DNA of 32,000 nt, taken from positions 630,001 through 662,000 of the forward strand of contig NC_014833.1 in assembly GCF_000179635.2 (NCBI RefSeq), written 5' to 3'. The translations under genes were made by a program, and so were the position numbers. Of the stretch, positions 24,005 to 31,879 are shown in pieces (positions within the stretch are counted from its first letter, which is position 1; each line of letters begins with the position of its first letter). The notes below the pieces were generated by a model, which did no database searches, had not been told where the DNA came from, and saw only the letters and a list, made by a program, of their open reading frames with translations. The stretch comes from Ruminococcus albus 7 = DSM 20455. GTDB taxonomy: Bacteria; Bacillota; Clostridia; Oscillospirales; Ruminococcaceae.

Positions 24005-25465
24005 ATGGAAATCAAGGAGCTTTACGATCTTGCGAAACAGTATGCTGAGCTTATAACAAATAATAAGCCCAATTATGTTTCGGAAAATGAGTCGGCTATA
24101 TGCGTTATAGTTGACAATAACGACCAGCCAATCACAGGTATCACCACTGTTACCGTAAGAGGCGGCATGGTCGAGGTTATCCCCGCAGAGACAGTTGCAG
24201 TAAAGAGATTTATCGATCACTGTGGTGATGCGCCTGCAAAATACATTGTTACAATGCTCTTCAAGAACTACGAGGTCATTGAGACAGGAAAGGTCAGCCT
24301 GCTTATGCTTGGACAGACCAATGCTGCCAACGGTGAATGCGTTGTTATGACCTCAGCTGAAGACAGTGTTAAACTGAAGGAAGTAGTACTTGTTTCGGCT
24401 GTAGATAAGTCATCTTCTTCCGAAGGTTCTCTTGTTGCAGAAGCTACTGCGGCAGCAGAAGAAGCACTTGCGGCTGGTGAAGCTCCTTCCGTTGAAAATG
24501 CGGCTGAACCCAGCATGGAAGACCTGATGAACGGCTTTGATGTTGATACTACTTCGACAGAACAGGCTGCATCTGAGCCAATGGGCGCACCTGCAGAATT
24601 TGCTGACGGATTCAGCGTAGATTCAAGTAATCCTTTCTTCGAGGAAGCAGCTACTGCTCCCGATTCTGAAGTTAAAACTATCGACAGCGGTGTTAAGTCA
24701 ATGTTTGACCAGCCCGAGGATGCTACAAGACAGGGCGCTGCAGGCTTCAATATCCCTCAGGGAGGTTATCCTCAGCAGGGAATGACAATGCAGGGCGGCT
24801 ATCCTCAGCAGGGCATGGGCTTCCCTCAGCAGGGTATGCAGCAGAGCGGCTATCCTCAGCAGGGCATGGGCTATCCTCAGCAGGGTATGCAGCAGAGCGG
24901 TTATCCTCAGCAGGGAATGCAGGCAGGCTATCCCCAGCAGGGTATGGGTTATCCTCAGCAGGGAATGCAGGCAGGCTATCCCCAGCAGGGTATGGGTTAC
25001 CCCCAGCAGGGAATGCAGGGCGGCTATCCCCAGCAGGGTATGGGCTATCCCCAGCAGGGAATGCAGCAGGGCGGCTATCCTCAGCAGGGCGCAGGTTATC
25101 CCCAGCAGGGAATGCAGGGTGGTTATCCTCAGCAGGGTACAATGTTTAATACCGGTACAACTACCACAGGCGGATTTCCTCAGGCAGGCGTAATGCAGTC
25201 CATGATGAAGATGCCCGGTGTAGGACAGACTTCGATACAGGTATCTGAGTCTGCAACATCTATTCCTGTAAGCCAGAACATCAAGTCTTTGAACACTGAT
25301 GAAATCTCAAAGTATTCATCAAGTGCAGCTGAGCCTGATGATGACGAAGATGAGGATGACGGCACTATGAGCAGAGAAGATATGCTCAAGGCTGCCAAGC
25401 AGAAAAAGAAGAATGCCAAGCTAAATGCCAACTTCAAAAAGAAGATGAGAGATTCAGGATTCTGA
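24005..25465 (+). CDS. Hypothetical protein: globular N-domain, acidic linker, 15 GYPQQGM repeats, acidic patch and basic tail
   Basis: A long ORF in the operon frame. The ATG is at 24005 (MEIKELYDL...), and an alternative TTG lies at 23993 as in the ORF track. I recognise no family. Composition changes sharply along the protein: an Ala/Glu/Ser linker, then a Q/G/P/Y/M repeat block, then [11 protein letters not shown], then [18 protein letters not shown]. Confidence 0.7.
   Translation: MEIKELYDLAKQYAELITNNKPNYVSENESAICVIVDNNDQPITGITTVTVRGGMVEVIPAETVAVKRFIDHCGDAPAKYIVTMLFKNYEVIETGKVSLLMLGQTNAANGECVVMTSAEDSVKLKEVVLVSAVDKSSSSEGSLVAEATAAAEEALAAGEAPSVENAAEPSMEDLMNGFDVDTTSTEQAASEPMGAPAEFADGFSVDSSNPFFEEAATAPDSEVKTIDSGVKSMFDQPEDATRQGAAGFNIPQGGYPQQGMTMQGGYPQQGMGFPQQGMQQSGYPQQGMGYPQQGMQQSGYPQQGMQAGYPQQGMGYPQQGMQAGYPQQGMGYPQQGMQGGYPQQGMGYPQQGMQQGGYPQQGAGYPQQGMQGGYPQQGTMFNTGTTTTGGFPQAGVMQSMMKMPGVGQTSIQVSESATSIPVSQNIKSLNTDEISKYSSSAAEPDDDEDEDDGTMSREDMLKAAKQKKKNAKLNANFKKKMRDSGF
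24761..25141 (+). repeat. In-frame tandem repeat encoding 15 copies of G(Y/F)PQQG(M/A/T) with 0-3-residue spacers
   Basis: Read directly from the sequence: [127 protein letters not shown]. The copies differ at synonymous sites (tatcct/tatccc/tacccc; cagggc/caggga/cagggt). Confidence 0.95.
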
Positions 25466-25479
25466 TACCAAAAATATAA

Positions 25480-25526
25480 AGCCATAGTATTTCCGATGTT
25501 TGGTCGGAAATACTATGGCTTTTTTG
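25480..25526 (+). terminator. Strong Rho-independent terminator closing the six-gene operon
   Basis: Perfect 17-bp stem AGCCATAGTATTTCCGA (25480-25496) / TCGGAAATACTATGGCT (25504-25520) with a 7-nt loop. The T-run is 25520-25526. Confidence 0.9.
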
Positions 25527-25555
25527 TTGACAATACATGAATAATGTGATATAAT
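25527..25555 (+). promoter_or_regulatory. SigA-type promoter for the 25701 ORF
   Basis: TTGACA (25527-25532), a 17-nt spacer, then TGA-TATAAT (25550-25555), i.e. an extended -10. It starts immediately after the preceding terminator. Confidence 0.65.
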
Positions 25556-25700
25556 CATATTCGGCTGTCCTGACGGCACTCCTTTTTATTAGCTATACGA
25601 TAATAAATGTATATCGTTATACCGGCATAAGAAGTGATGTTCTATATGGATGACCATAATTATTAATACAGTCGGAATACATTACACGGAGGAGATCGTT

Positions 25701-26168
25701 ATGCCACAGATGAACAAAGGTGGAAAGTTTATATTCGGAAAATCGTTGATAAGGGAAGATGGTGTTATCAGGCTTCCGGAACAGGCAATAAGTGAATACG
25801 ACATAACTTCGGAAGGAAGGGTCTATCTGTTTACCGGCAGCAAGAGCACAGGCGGATTTTGTGTGACACGAAAGGGTCTGCTTGAACCGTCTTTGCTTGG
25901 ACACATACTGAGAGAAACTGACGGACTGAAGGATTATACAGCTGAACAGGGTAAATTCATCAAGTATAAAGGACGTTCATATTCATGGACGAATATCACT
26001 GATGACGGAAAGATCATTTTGTCAAAAGAGATGATGTCATTTCTGAAGATCGAACCGGGTATGAAACTACTATCTATACGCAGCAGTGACATAGCTTTCA
26101 CGATGGGTGCATATGGTCGGCTTTTAGAGGAATCCATGAAACACGAGGATGAGATACCGGTGTTCTGA
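25701..26168 (+). CDS. Hypothetical protein with two SpoVT/AbrB-like (swapped-hairpin) segments
   Basis: The ATG at 25701 is preceded by GGAGGAG (MPQMNKGGKF...). Two segments resemble the AbrB-type motif G-hydrophobic-I-x-(L/I)-(P/S)-x-E: DGVIRLPEQAISEYDITSEGRVYLF and DGKIILSKEMMSFLKIEPGMKLLSI. The assignment rests on pattern only. Confidence 0.45.
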   Translation: MPQMNKGGKFIFGKSLIREDGVIRLPEQAISEYDITSEGRVYLFTGSKSTGGFCVTRKGLLEPSLLGHILRETDGLKDYTAEQGKFIKYKGRSYSWTNITDDGKIILSKEMMSFLKIEPGMKLLSIRSSDIAFTMGAYGRLLEESMKHEDEIPVF

Positions 26169-26285
26169 GCAAGATGTACTTATGTTTTGAAGCTGATCTG
26201 ACACAGTATGATCTTTTATTGTAACTGATCGTTGAACGTTAACAGACTTTATAGTGCGGTGTTAGTGGGAATATTCAAACAGGCA

Positions 26286-26318
26286 TAAAAAAGCCATGCA
26301 GCATATATCTGCATGGCT
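26286..26318. terminator. Hairpin terminator between convergent genes (better T-run on the minus strand)
   Basis: Perfect 10-bp stem AGCCATGCAG (26292-26301) / CTGCATGGCT (26309-26318). The A-run 26287-26292 gives TTTTTT after the stem on the minus strand. Confidence 0.75.
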
Positions 26319-26324
26319 TTAAGT

Positions 26325-26858
26325 TTACTTGAATTGTACGCCCCAGTCGGAACTGATCTTGCTGTAAAGATTCAGCTTAACGCGGCTCTTCTGCCAACGG
26401 AAGAAGTAGGATACACCGCAGAATACGATAACAGTACCGATAGCTGCAATGACGATACCCAGTACAGGCTTGATAACGAATATACCAAGACCCCACAGTG
26501 CCAGTGTCAGTACTACGATTATAGGCAGAGCAGAAGTGATAAAGCTTCTGTCAGTTACCTTGATGTAATTCTGTATCTCCTTGAGATCGAAAGCCTCATA
26601 GTGTCTTGCTATGAAATTGTCAGGTCTTGCCCAGGTGCAGAATTCCTTGACGTTATTGAACTTTGCAGCGTAATCTCTGAAAGAGTAACCCTTACCAACG
26701 TCGGTAACACGGTATTCTACCAGATAACCATCCTTCTTACGATCCTTAACATCAAGAACGTGAATAATACTTCCCGGCTCAGCCTGAGCTTTCATGGGTT
26801 TAGTCACAAGAAACTTTCTGTCAACAGCTTCATCCAGATTGTTGAGCATATATGTCAT
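26325..26858 (-). CDS. Hypothetical protein with soluble N-domain and two C-terminal TM helices
   Basis: 177 aa with the RBS GGGAAGGAAG, its own promoter and its own terminator. The TM segments are ALPIIVVLTLALWGLGIFVI and VLGIVIAAIGTVIVFCGVSYFF. I preferred it over the overlapping plus-strand ORF 26313-26894. Confidence 0.6.
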   Translation of the reverse strand: MTYMLNNLDEAVDRKFLVTKPMKAQAEPGSIIHVLDVKDRKKDGYLVEYRVTDVGKGYSFRDYAAKFNNVKEFCTWARPDNFIARHYEAFDLKEIQNYIKVTDRSFITSALPIIVVLTLALWGLGIFVIKPVLGIVIAAIGTVIVFCGVSYFFRWQKSRVKLNLYSKISSDWGVQFK

Positions 26859-26941
26859 AACTATCTTCCTTCCCTGATCATATACTTGCTATAATTCACA
26901 TGGTCTGAGCCACGATAAATTCTATATATATCCGTATATAT

Positions 26942-26970
26942 ATTATAGCACATTATTTTCTAAATTGCAA
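26942..26970 (-). promoter_or_regulatory. SigA-type promoter for the 26858 ORF
   Basis: On the minus strand: TTGCAA (26965-26970), a 17-nt spacer, then TGTGC-TATAAT (complement of 26942-26947). Confidence 0.6.
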
Positions 26971-27094
26971 GTAATTTTGAAAATTTTTCACAATTATTAT
27001 TATAAAGAAACGTCGTTTAAAAGACCCGCGGTATATGTGCAATTTGATTGCATATATACAGCAGAGTGAATACTGTGATTTGATCTGTGATCAT

Positions 27095-28561
27095 TTATTT
27101 TTTACGCTTTGATGCTATAACAGCGCCTCCCATCAATGCGATCATAGCCATTCCTCCTGCCATGCCTGTGGTGGGGTTATCTTCGGATTGAATCGGGTTC
27201 GTGGTTGTTCTGAAGCTTGAAGTACTTTCAGAAACTGACGAAGCTGAAGATGTGGAACTCACAGCAGATGAAGTACTGCTTTCGGATACATCGCTCTCAG
27301 GATCACTACTCTCGCTCTGATCGGAAACATTATCTGCGGGCTGTTCATGATACTCACCTACCGTAAGATCATCCGGGGTATGTGTAAGTGTGCCGTCATC
27401 GGGCATAGGACCCAGATCCCAGCCCATGATACCGGCGATGAACGGCCCGAGTTCGTTTTCTGCAACGCGGGTATTGCTTGCCGCCAAAGGGTGATAGTCA
27501 ACACCATAGCCTTCCTGTGCAGGATCTATCTGCCCAAGCTTTAAGGTATATACCTCCTTATCACCTGTATCCGACTTATACTCATCTACAGCATTTTTGA
27601 TCTGTGGGTAGAGTTCAGCACCCATCATGCCAAGTGTACATACGATCTTCGCATCGGGAGAACATTCTCTTACAAGCTTCAGAAGATCGGTATAGCTGTC
27701 TTCAAATTTCTCCTTCTCATTTTCGTGGCTGTCAAAATATGTCCAGTCGTTAGTACCCAGATCTATAACGATACAATCGGGCTGATACTGTGAATGATCC
27801 CAGTCAAAATCCTGTATGGGCACATAATCCTGTGAGGATATACTGTTCCAGGTATTAAGGCTGGTCTTTCTGTAGTACTTTTCCATGGTATGATCCCTGC
27901 TGCCGCCGTAGTTGCACCATACTCCGCAGCCGCTCATTGAGAACAGATCAACATCGGAATCAAACATCGATGCGATCTGATAAGCATAGGTCTTTGAAGC
28001 ATCCTCGCTGAGGGTGGAGAACTTGTTGTTCTCACCTGTTGAGGGATCCTTCAGGGGAAGATCTATACCGTATCCGCAGGTTATGGAATCACCGATAAAT
28101 TCAAGCTTACGCTCTTTGGCGGAAGTGGGTTTTATGGTGGATCCGGCATCAGTTTCGATACTGTCTATACCCAGTTCGGATTGCATGGATTCGGATAGTT
28201 TTATCAGCCTGACTGTATTCTCACCCTCTGCAAGAGGCACAGTCACGCTGCCCTTTTTGGAGGATCCCCCTATAAGACCTCTCTGATAAAGCTGACCGTT
28301 CAGGTAAACACCGATACGTGTAGGGTCACCCGAAACATTCAGGTTGAAAGTTACCTGAGTGCCTGTGACGGTAAATTCAACACCTGAAACAGAATTTGCC
28401 AGCCACAGTGAGTCATCATTATAAACTGTTCTGCCCAGTATCCTTACATTATCCGGCACTGCCTCACAGAATGCTGTCTTGCTTTCTTCGGCAGATACGG
28501 GGAGGATGCTTGCTGCAAGTGCTGCAGAGCATAGTCCTGCGAAAAATCTGCTTATTTTCAT
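27095..28561 (-). CDS. Secreted SGNH/GDSL hydrolase, CE2-like carbohydrate (acetyl) esterase, with Ser-rich linker and LPXTG-like C-terminal anchor
   Basis: Signal peptide MKISRFFAGLCSAALAASILPVSA, from the internal ATG at 28561. An N-terminal beta-sandwich-like region of about 125 aa precedes the SGNH blocks: block I FIGDSITCGYG, block III IDLGTNDW, and a block V-like VDYHP. The Ser-rich linker (SESSDPESDVSESSTSSAVSSTSSASSVSESTSS) leads to NPTTG plus a hydrophobic helix plus KRKK. Confidence 0.75.
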   Translation of the reverse strand: MKISRFFAGLCSAALAASILPVSAEESKTAFCEAVPDNVRILGRTVYNDDSLWLANSVSGVEFTVTGTQVTFNLNVSGDPTRIGVYLNGQLYQRGLIGGSSKKGSVTVPLAEGENTVRLIKLSESMQSELGIDSIETDAGSTIKPTSAKERKLEFIGDSITCGYGIDLPLKDPSTGENNKFSTLSEDASKTYAYQIASMFDSDVDLFSMSGCGVWCNYGGSRDHTMEKYYRKTSLNTWNSISSQDYVPIQDFDWDHSQYQPDCIVIDLGTNDWTYFDSHENEKEKFEDSYTDLLKLVRECSPDAKIVCTLGMMGAELYPQIKNAVDEYKSDTGDKEVYTLKLGQIDPAQEGYGVDYHPLAASNTRVAENELGPFIAGIMGWDLGPMPDDGTLTHTPDDLTVGEYHEQPADNVSDQSESSDPESDVSESSTSSAVSSTSSASSVSESTSSFRTTTNPIQSEDNPTTGMAGGMAMIALMGGAVIASKRKK

Positions 28562-28673
28562 ATCCTTATTTCCTTTCTTGAAGTGCCTGACAGCGGGACT
28601 TCCGGTACCCGCAGCCGAACACACTGCACATCATACAAATGCTACGATAACAAGGGTATATCTTTCTATTTCA

Positions 28674-28701
28674 TATTATACCATACTCCACAGAATAATC
28701 A
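28674..28701 (-). promoter_or_regulatory. SigA-type promoter for the esterase gene
   Basis: On the minus strand: TTGATT (complement of 28696-28701), a 16-nt spacer, then TGG-TATAAT (complement of 28674-28679). Confidence 0.5.
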
Positions 28702-28906
28702 AGAGGTTTTAATTAGATTTGGTTAATTTCACATCATTCTTGTGCACATCTTACAAATTCAAAGCCTGACTTTTATCAAATAAATATTTAAATGATCAAA
28801 CTAATATCGGCTTGAAGAATAGCTTGAAAGCAGACAGATACTGCGTATAAGTAAAGATATCAGCTGCCCATATTCCTATATTATTACCAGAGCGGATAAA
28901 ATAATA

Positions 28907-28939
28907 CTGCCTGCTCTATACTCAGTATAAAGCAGGCAG
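28907..28939 (-). terminator. Terminator after the 28968-29924 gene
   Basis: CTGCCTGCT (28907-28915) pairs with AGCAGGCAG (28931-28939), with an inner TATAC/GTATA pairing. On the minus strand TATTATTTTAT follows. Confidence 0.6.
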
Positions 28940-28967
28940 AAAAGAATCGACTATGCTGTACAGACCT

Positions 28968-29924
28968 TTATTCGCTGAGGTTTATAACACCGTTGGCGCG
29001 AAGCTGTCTGAGGAAGGTCAATCTTGCGATATCCTTACATTCGGGTCTTATCATATAATACATATAGTGTTCAAGAAGATTGAAGGTCTCATATGTTCTG
29101 CCCTCTATCTTGAACTGGGTGAATCCCATGGGAACGTATTTGTTCCATATATCATCGGGGGTGATATGGGTGCTGAGGTCTTGTATATCAAAAACAGTCC
29201 TGCTAACGCTGGGACATTTATCGAAGCGCTTTATTTCGGGGTGCTGCTTATAGAAGCTGTCGGGGGAATAAGCGGCATTCGGGTGCTTTTTAACATGGTT
29301 AGCGTAATCTATCTGCTGCAGACCGATAGCCCTGTAATGTTCGGAACGATTGACACAGCCCGGGTCACAGCAGGCATTGACGAGTATCTCGCACTTATCC
29401 TTATCGGGTATCTTTTCAAGCACATCGAATTTATTGTTAAGGTCATAGTCTATAACGACTATATGATAATCCTTTTCAACTTCGGAATAAAGTGTGTCGG
29501 GGTCGGTTATACGCTTGCAGGTGGAGCTTGTCAGCTTGTATTTGGGATACTGTTTTCTTATATACTCCTCAAGTATCGGAGAAAAAACGATAGCCTCATT
29601 AAGTCCGTTGTTGGCAACGTTCATCACCATATTGCAGAAATCATCGCTGAGGTGTTTTTTCTCGATCATAGGATTTGTAAAAGTGAATCTGAGAGGGATG
29701 CCCCTGTCATTGAAAGCACTGAGAACAGTTTTGACATAATCCTTGTCACAGTAGCCGCCGCAGAACCTGCCGCCGTTCCAGAGGGAGGGTGGGAAACATC
29801 CGTATACAGAAGCTATCTCCACGCCATCACGGAAATACTGCGGACATCGTTTTAGCATCTCCGCAAAGATAAGATTGAATCTGAAATGACCGGCAAAATC
29901 AGGTAAATGGAATCGTACTCTCAT
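28968..29924 (-). CDS. Conserved-looking hypothetical protein (318 aa, Cys-rich segments)
   Basis: The RBS AAAGGAA precedes the ATG (complement of 29922-29924) and a terminator lies downstream. The composition looks globular (MRVRFHLPDFAGHFRFNLIFAEML...NACCDPGCVNRSEHY...). I recognise no family. I preferred it over the antisense ORF 28953-29855. Confidence 0.55.
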   Translation of the reverse strand: MRVRFHLPDFAGHFRFNLIFAEMLKRCPQYFRDGVEIASVYGCFPPSLWNGGRFCGGYCDKDYVKTVLSAFNDRGIPLRFTFTNPMIEKKHLSDDFCNMVMNVANNGLNEAIVFSPILEEYIRKQYPKYKLTSSTCKRITDPDTLYSEVEKDYHIVVIDYDLNNKFDVLEKIPDKDKCEILVNACCDPGCVNRSEHYRAIGLQQIDYANHVKKHPNAAYSPDSFYKQHPEIKRFDKCPSVSRTVFDIQDLSTHITPDDIWNKYVPMGFTQFKIEGRTYETFNLLEHYMYYMIRPECKDIARLTFLRQLRANGVINLSE

Positions 29925-30030
29925 AATAATTTCCTTTCATACTTTTTTTGATATGGCTATCCCACGCTTTGAATAACATTATACCATATCTCAAAGGAAA
30001 AGTAAAGACATCTGCGGTAAAGGATCACTA

Positions 30031-30064
30031 TGCAAAAAGCGCTCACGAACGGGCGTGAGCGCTT
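30031..30064 (-). terminator. Rho-independent terminator after glmU
   Basis: AAGCGCTCACG (30037-30047) pairs with CGTGAGCGCTT (30054-30064). On the minus strand the stem runs into TTTTTGCA. Confidence 0.8.
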
Positions 30065-30088
30065 AGGATATGCATTTTACCGCATTTA

Positions 30089-31504
30089 TCAGTCTTTATG
30101 AGCATCCTCGAATTTCTTGGTGCGGGCTGCCAGCTTTTTCTTGGCATAGTCTTCTTTAATGACAGCCTGACCGCGTTCGATAGCAAGTGCATCTGCCGGG
30201 ACATCGCCTGTAATGGTTGAACCTGCAGCTGTATACGCACCTTTGCCGATGCATACGGGCGCAACCAGATTGGTATTGCAGCCGATGAATGCATTGTCCT
30301 CAACTACTGTGCGGAATTTTTTCTCGCCGTCATAATTGGCTGTAGCCACACCGCAGCCGAAGTTAACGTTGCTGCCCACATCGGAATCGCCTACATAAGT
30401 AAGGTGGGATACTGCAGTGCCTTCACCGATAGTGGAATTTTTGATCTCCACAAAATCGCCTATCTTTACGCCCTTGCATATATGAGAATCGGGGCGCAGC
30501 TGAACGAAGGGACCTATCTTGGCATTGTCATCAACTATGGCATCGTAAGCCTGAACATTGTTGAGTACCACGCCGTTGCCGATCGTTGTGTTTTCAAGTA
30601 TACAGTTCCTGCCGATAATGCAGTCTTCACCGATGACGGTATTGCCGCGAAGTTCAGTACCGGAGTCTATGCGGGTGCCTCTGCCGATGGTAACGTTCCT
30701 TCCGACGGATACACCGTCAAGACAGGTAAATTCTATGCCGTCATCGAGCCACCTGTTGATGATCTCCATCCTTGCGATATCGTTCAGTTTCAGCAGACCG
30801 CGTCTGTCATTAGCACCGAGAGCCACGTTGGGATTGAGGGATATGAAGGCATCAGCTGCCTTGCCCTTGTTTATCATAAGCTCAACGCAGTCTGTCAGGT
30901 AGTACTCGCCCTGGGAATTATTGGGCTTGATCTCGAACAGCACTTCCAGCAGATCTGAGGTCTTGAACCAGTAGCAGCCCGAATTGATCTCCTTTACAGA
31001 GAGCTGGTCGGCGTTGCAGTCCTTATGTTCAACTATACCCGATATCCCGTGTTTGGTGCGGATAACCCTGCCATAGCCTGTTGCATCTTCTACTACGGAA
31101 GTAACTACAGTAACACCGCAGTTATTCTGGATATGAAGCTTGAGAGCGCCCTCGATGGTAGCTGCATCGACAAAGGGAGCATCACCGCAGAGAACAAGGG
31201 TATTTCCGTCATAATTAGCACGAAGGAATTCCTCAGCCATCATAACGGCATGACCTGTACCAAGTCTTTCAGACTGTAGTACGGTGCACACCTTTGCTTT
31301 TGATGATCTGTTTTCAACAAAAGCATCTATCTGCTCGCCTGCAAATCCTTTGACTATACATATCTCATCGAGTCCTGCTTTTTCGCAGGCGCTCATTACC
31401 CATTCTATCATGGGCTCGCCAAGCACACTGCAGAGTGCTTTGGGCGAATTTATCTTCATGCGCTTGCCCTGGCCGCCTGCCAGTATGATAACGTTATTTG
31501 ACAT
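30089..31504 (-). CDS. glmU: Bifunctional UDP-N-acetylglucosamine diphosphorylase / glucosamine-1-phosphate N-acetyltransferase GlmU
   Basis: N-terminal nucleotidyltransferase motif ILAGGQGKRMKINSPKAL, plus GTGHAV. The C-terminal left-handed beta-helix has hexapeptide repeats (IGDFVEIKNSTIGEGTAVSHLTYVGDSDVGSNVNFGCG). I chose the ATG at 31504 (MSNNVIILAGG), 6 nt after GGAGAAGGTGA, over the TTG at 31510. Confidence 0.95.
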   Translation of the reverse strand: MSNNVIILAGGQGKRMKINSPKALCSVLGEPMIEWVMSACEKAGLDEICIVKGFAGEQIDAFVENRSSKAKVCTVLQSERLGTGHAVMMAEEFLRANYDGNTLVLCGDAPFVDAATIEGALKLHIQNNCGVTVVTSVVEDATGYGRVIRTKHGISGIVEHKDCNADQLSVKEINSGCYWFKTSDLLEVLFEIKPNNSQGEYYLTDCVELMINKGKAADAFISLNPNVALGANDRRGLLKLNDIARMEIINRWLDDGIEFTCLDGVSVGRNVTIGRGTRIDSGTELRGNTVIGEDCIIGRNCILENTTIGNGVVLNNVQAYDAIVDDNAKIGPFVQLRPDSHICKGVKIGDFVEIKNSTIGEGTAVSHLTYVGDSDVGSNVNFGCGVATANYDGEKKFRTVVEDNAFIGCNTNLVAPVCIGKGAYTAAGSTITGDVPADALAIERGQAVIKEDYAKKKLAARTKKFEDAHKD

Positions 31505-31569
31505 ATTCAATCACCTTCTCCTGATTTTTGCCGTCAACCACCCTTTCACGGACGGCATATCACACATCT

Positions 31570-31598
31570 ATTATAATACTTTCAAACTGTGAAGTCAA
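31570..31598 (-). promoter_or_regulatory. SigA-type promoter for glmU
   Basis: On the minus strand: TTGACT (complement of 31593-31598), a 17-nt spacer, then TATAAT (complement of 31570-31575). Confidence 0.6.
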
Positions 31599-31662
31599 TA
31601 TTAAATTTTATCGAATTTTGTGCCTTATAAGCCCATGTTTCCGTTATAATAATGCTTTGGTA

Positions 31663-31733
31663 CAGTACACTGCAGGGTGGTGTACTGTGGGTGTACTACA
31701 TGGTGTACTATGCTGTGGGCGGTGCAGTACACC
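31663..31733. promoter_or_regulatory. Array of five GTGTACT/AGTACAC motifs (three direct copies at 11-12 bp phasing, flanked by inverted copies)
   Basis: AGTACAC lies at 31664-31670 and 31726-31732. GTGTACT lies at 31680-31686, 31691-31697 and 31703-31709. CAGTACAC (31663-31670) is the exact reverse complement of GTGTACTG (31680-31687). Confidence 0.6.
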
Positions 31734-31846
31734 TGTGATGAGGCAGAAATGTTTGATACGAGGTATAACTTTTGTGCGATGTGCTGTATTGTTCAAAGTT
31801 TACAACATTGTCGATTGTGTGTAGTGCTGAAAATGCATGAAGGGTA

Positions 31847-31875
31847 TTGACAAATTGAGGCAGTGGTGGTAAACT
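31847..31875 (+). promoter_or_regulatory. SigA-type promoter for the gene starting at the right window edge
   Basis: TTGACA (31847-31852), a 17-nt spacer, then TGG-TAAACT (31870-31875). Confidence 0.55.
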
Positions 31876-31879
31876 CTAA

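Noticed and set aside
24747-25142. 131-aa minus-strand ORF rich in PAEDN/PAGDS repeats
   Set aside because: It is the antisense shadow of the GYPQQGM repeat. The repeat keeps every frame open on both strands, and the sense ORF is embedded in a long operon-consistent reading frame.
26313-26894. 193-aa plus-strand ORF overlapping the 177-aa minus-strand ORF
   Set aside because: The promoter (26942-26970), RBS and terminator T-run all fit the minus strand. The plus-strand ORF would begin inside the terminator hairpin.
28953-29855. 300-aa plus-strand ORF overlapping the 318-aa minus-strand ORF
   Set aside because: The minus-strand frame has an RBS, a downstream terminator in the correct orientation and a globular composition. 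The plus-strand product is Ile/Phe/Val/Gly-rich with no start signals.
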